64,000 nucleotides of DNA from Macrostomum lignano. Its lineage: Eukaryota. The translations under genes were made by a program, and so were the position numbers. The stretch is from the NCBI GenBank assembly GCA_002269645.1, contig NIVC01003336.1, forward strand, positions 1-64,000, written 5' to 3'. How positions within the stretch are numbered: position 1 is the first letter of the stretch; the number at the start of each line of letters is the position of its first letter. The notes beneath the pieces were generated by a model that was not told the DNA's origin, did not search any database, and was given only the letters and a program-made list of their open reading frames with translations. Shown here piece after piece: positions 59,526 to 64,000 of this stretch.

Positions 59526-59874
59526 CTAGATGCGTCAACTCAATATAAAACATTGGTCACTGTTTCGCTCGATTCCACACATAGAATGCCGGTTCACATG
59601 TTAACCCCTCACTGTTGCAGAATCGAAACTTGCGGAAAATCTAATGAGCATGAAGTTATATTGAAACCACTTGAGAAATAACGTCATCCTCGAAGTGCCT
59701 GAAGCCAGTTTGTTGCAATCGCGTCACTCAGTGGAAAATGCTTCAATTGAACACGATAGTGTTTATAATACCTGAATATGCAGAACATATCTTGAGGCGA
59801 AACCGACATTCTATATGTGTGGATTCGAGCGAAGAAAGTGACCACTTTTCATATTGAATTGACGCACTTTCTAG
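59526..59874. mobile_element. Degenerate MITE with ~70-bp inverted termini
   Basis: TGCGTCAACTCAATATAAAAC..GGTCACT..TTCGCTCGATTCCACAC at the left versus its diverged reverse complement at 59800-59874. Confidence 0.6.
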
Positions 59875-60261
59875 CGTTTTTAGAATCTGTGCAACAGACG
59901 AACGGAATCGCAAATGTACAGACTGTATTACTGTAATGCATATTATAACCGCCGTGACAACTAGACATAATTAGCATGATGAATCAGTTATTAAGCTAGT
60001 TAGCTGAGTTAGGAAAGATGTGTATAGGAAAGTTAGCGCAGTATGAAAACAAAGTATGGGATTGGGCATTGAAATTTGCAATACAGACAAAGACAGCTTA
60101 TAAGACACAACAATTATTATTTAGACTATTAAGTCATCAAATACCAAATGGAAGAACTGTATAGAAATAACTGTGTTTTCACTTAATTTTTAAATGCTTT
60201 GCGTTAAACTTATGCTCTTATTAAAACTAAAGACTAGATGCGCAAATTTAAAATTTGCTAA

Positions 60262-60648
<387 letters not shown>

Positions 60649-60719
60649 TAGACAAACAGACAACAAAACTGTCAGATGTTCTAAAAAAAGTTTTAATAGT
60701 TTTTTCCAATCCATATTGC

Positions 60720-63120
<2,401 letters not shown>

Positions 63121-63232
63121 CTGAAAAATGCATTGGCGAGATGAAAAAAACAGTGCTTAACAATAACAGTCAAAAAGCAAAGTTACGGACTGTTTCAGAA
63201 TTTTCTATCTTTGAAGTTAACTCTTTCTGAAC

Positions 63233-63645
63233 CAGGGGTTGGCAAACTTTTCCTTGAGGGCCAGAGGAAGGGAAAGAGAAGAGGGGAGGGGGAGGATAGA
63301 AGGGACAACAGAAGACAAAAGAGATGAGAGAAGGGAGATGAAAGGAGAGAAGGGAGAGGAGAGAAGAGAGAAGAGAGAAGGTGAGGAGAGAAAGGAGAGA
63401 AGAAAAGGAAGAGGAGAGGGAGAGGAGAGAAGGGAGAGGGAAGAAAAGGGAGAGAGAGAGGGGAGAAGGGAGAGGAGAGAAGGGAGAGGAGAGAAGGGAG
63501 AGGAGAGAAGGGAGAGGAGAGATGAGAAGCGACACAAACCCTGAGCGGGCCGGATTGCTAATGTGAAGTTTCAAATGACCCGAGAATCGGATAGAGAGGC
63601 TTGGCAGGCCGCATGTGGCCCGCGGGCCAGAGTTTGCCAACCAAG
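63233..63645 (+). mobile_element. hAT (Charlie-like) MITE with an internal polypurine tract
   Basis: TIR CAGGGGTTGGCAAACT at the left and AGTTTGCCAACC at the right. Flanks TTCTGAAC and TTCTAAAC match at 7/8 positions. Subterminal GGCCGCATGTGGCCCGCGGGCC. Same family as 22964-23715. Confidence 0.8.
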
Positions 63646-64000
63646 TTCTAAACGGATTTAACGGAAATACTCGTAATCGGAGGTAAAACTGACCACAGTC
63701 ATTAGACAGCTGACCAATGGCAGCGATAGTCTATGGCCAGCCACAGAAAACCTGAATGCAACTAAATTTGTCCCTTAGCACAGCTCGCTTGGCCTGCAGT
63801 CTGAGGGAGAGTCACAGACCAAGGAATTTATACCTCTGCTTTTATTCCTTGGTACGAGCGTATGTGAGAGTGCAGCTTGGAATTGCAAGCTGTCCGCTTG
63901 ATGATTGGCTTCATATTGCCTATGGCCCAGTGACGTCTATGGCAATGATATATTCCTGCACGGTCACGAGTGCGGGAATGACATCTGCACGAGTGCGCGC

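Overview
This is animal genomic DNA, not prokaryotic: GC-rich spliceosomal exons sit in AT-rich, minisatellite-laden introns and spacers. The style suggests a free-living flatworm such as Macrostomum, which is inference only. I can reconstruct eight protein-coding genes. Seven are on the minus strand: TMED7/p24, an SLC16/MCT transporter, a ~1,950-aa NACHT-WD40 (NWD-type) protein, OXNAD1, an orphan ARM-like protein built from two homologous halves, PREB/SEC12, and the 3' part of a Tudor-ARM-CS (TDRD12-like) gene whose reading frame breaks at ~61.8 kb. The eighth is an intronless class A GPCR on the plus strand. There is also an intron-containing tRNA-Tyr(GTA). About 20 tandem arrays occupy roughly a quarter of the window. 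The non-autonomous transposons are two foldback elements with exact 9-bp TSDs and minisatellite-built arms, hAT and mariner MITEs with identifiable TIRs/TSDs, two tRNA-derived SINE families and a probable LINE relic. Exon boundaries were read by eye from GT/AG sites and phase consistency. No database searches were run.
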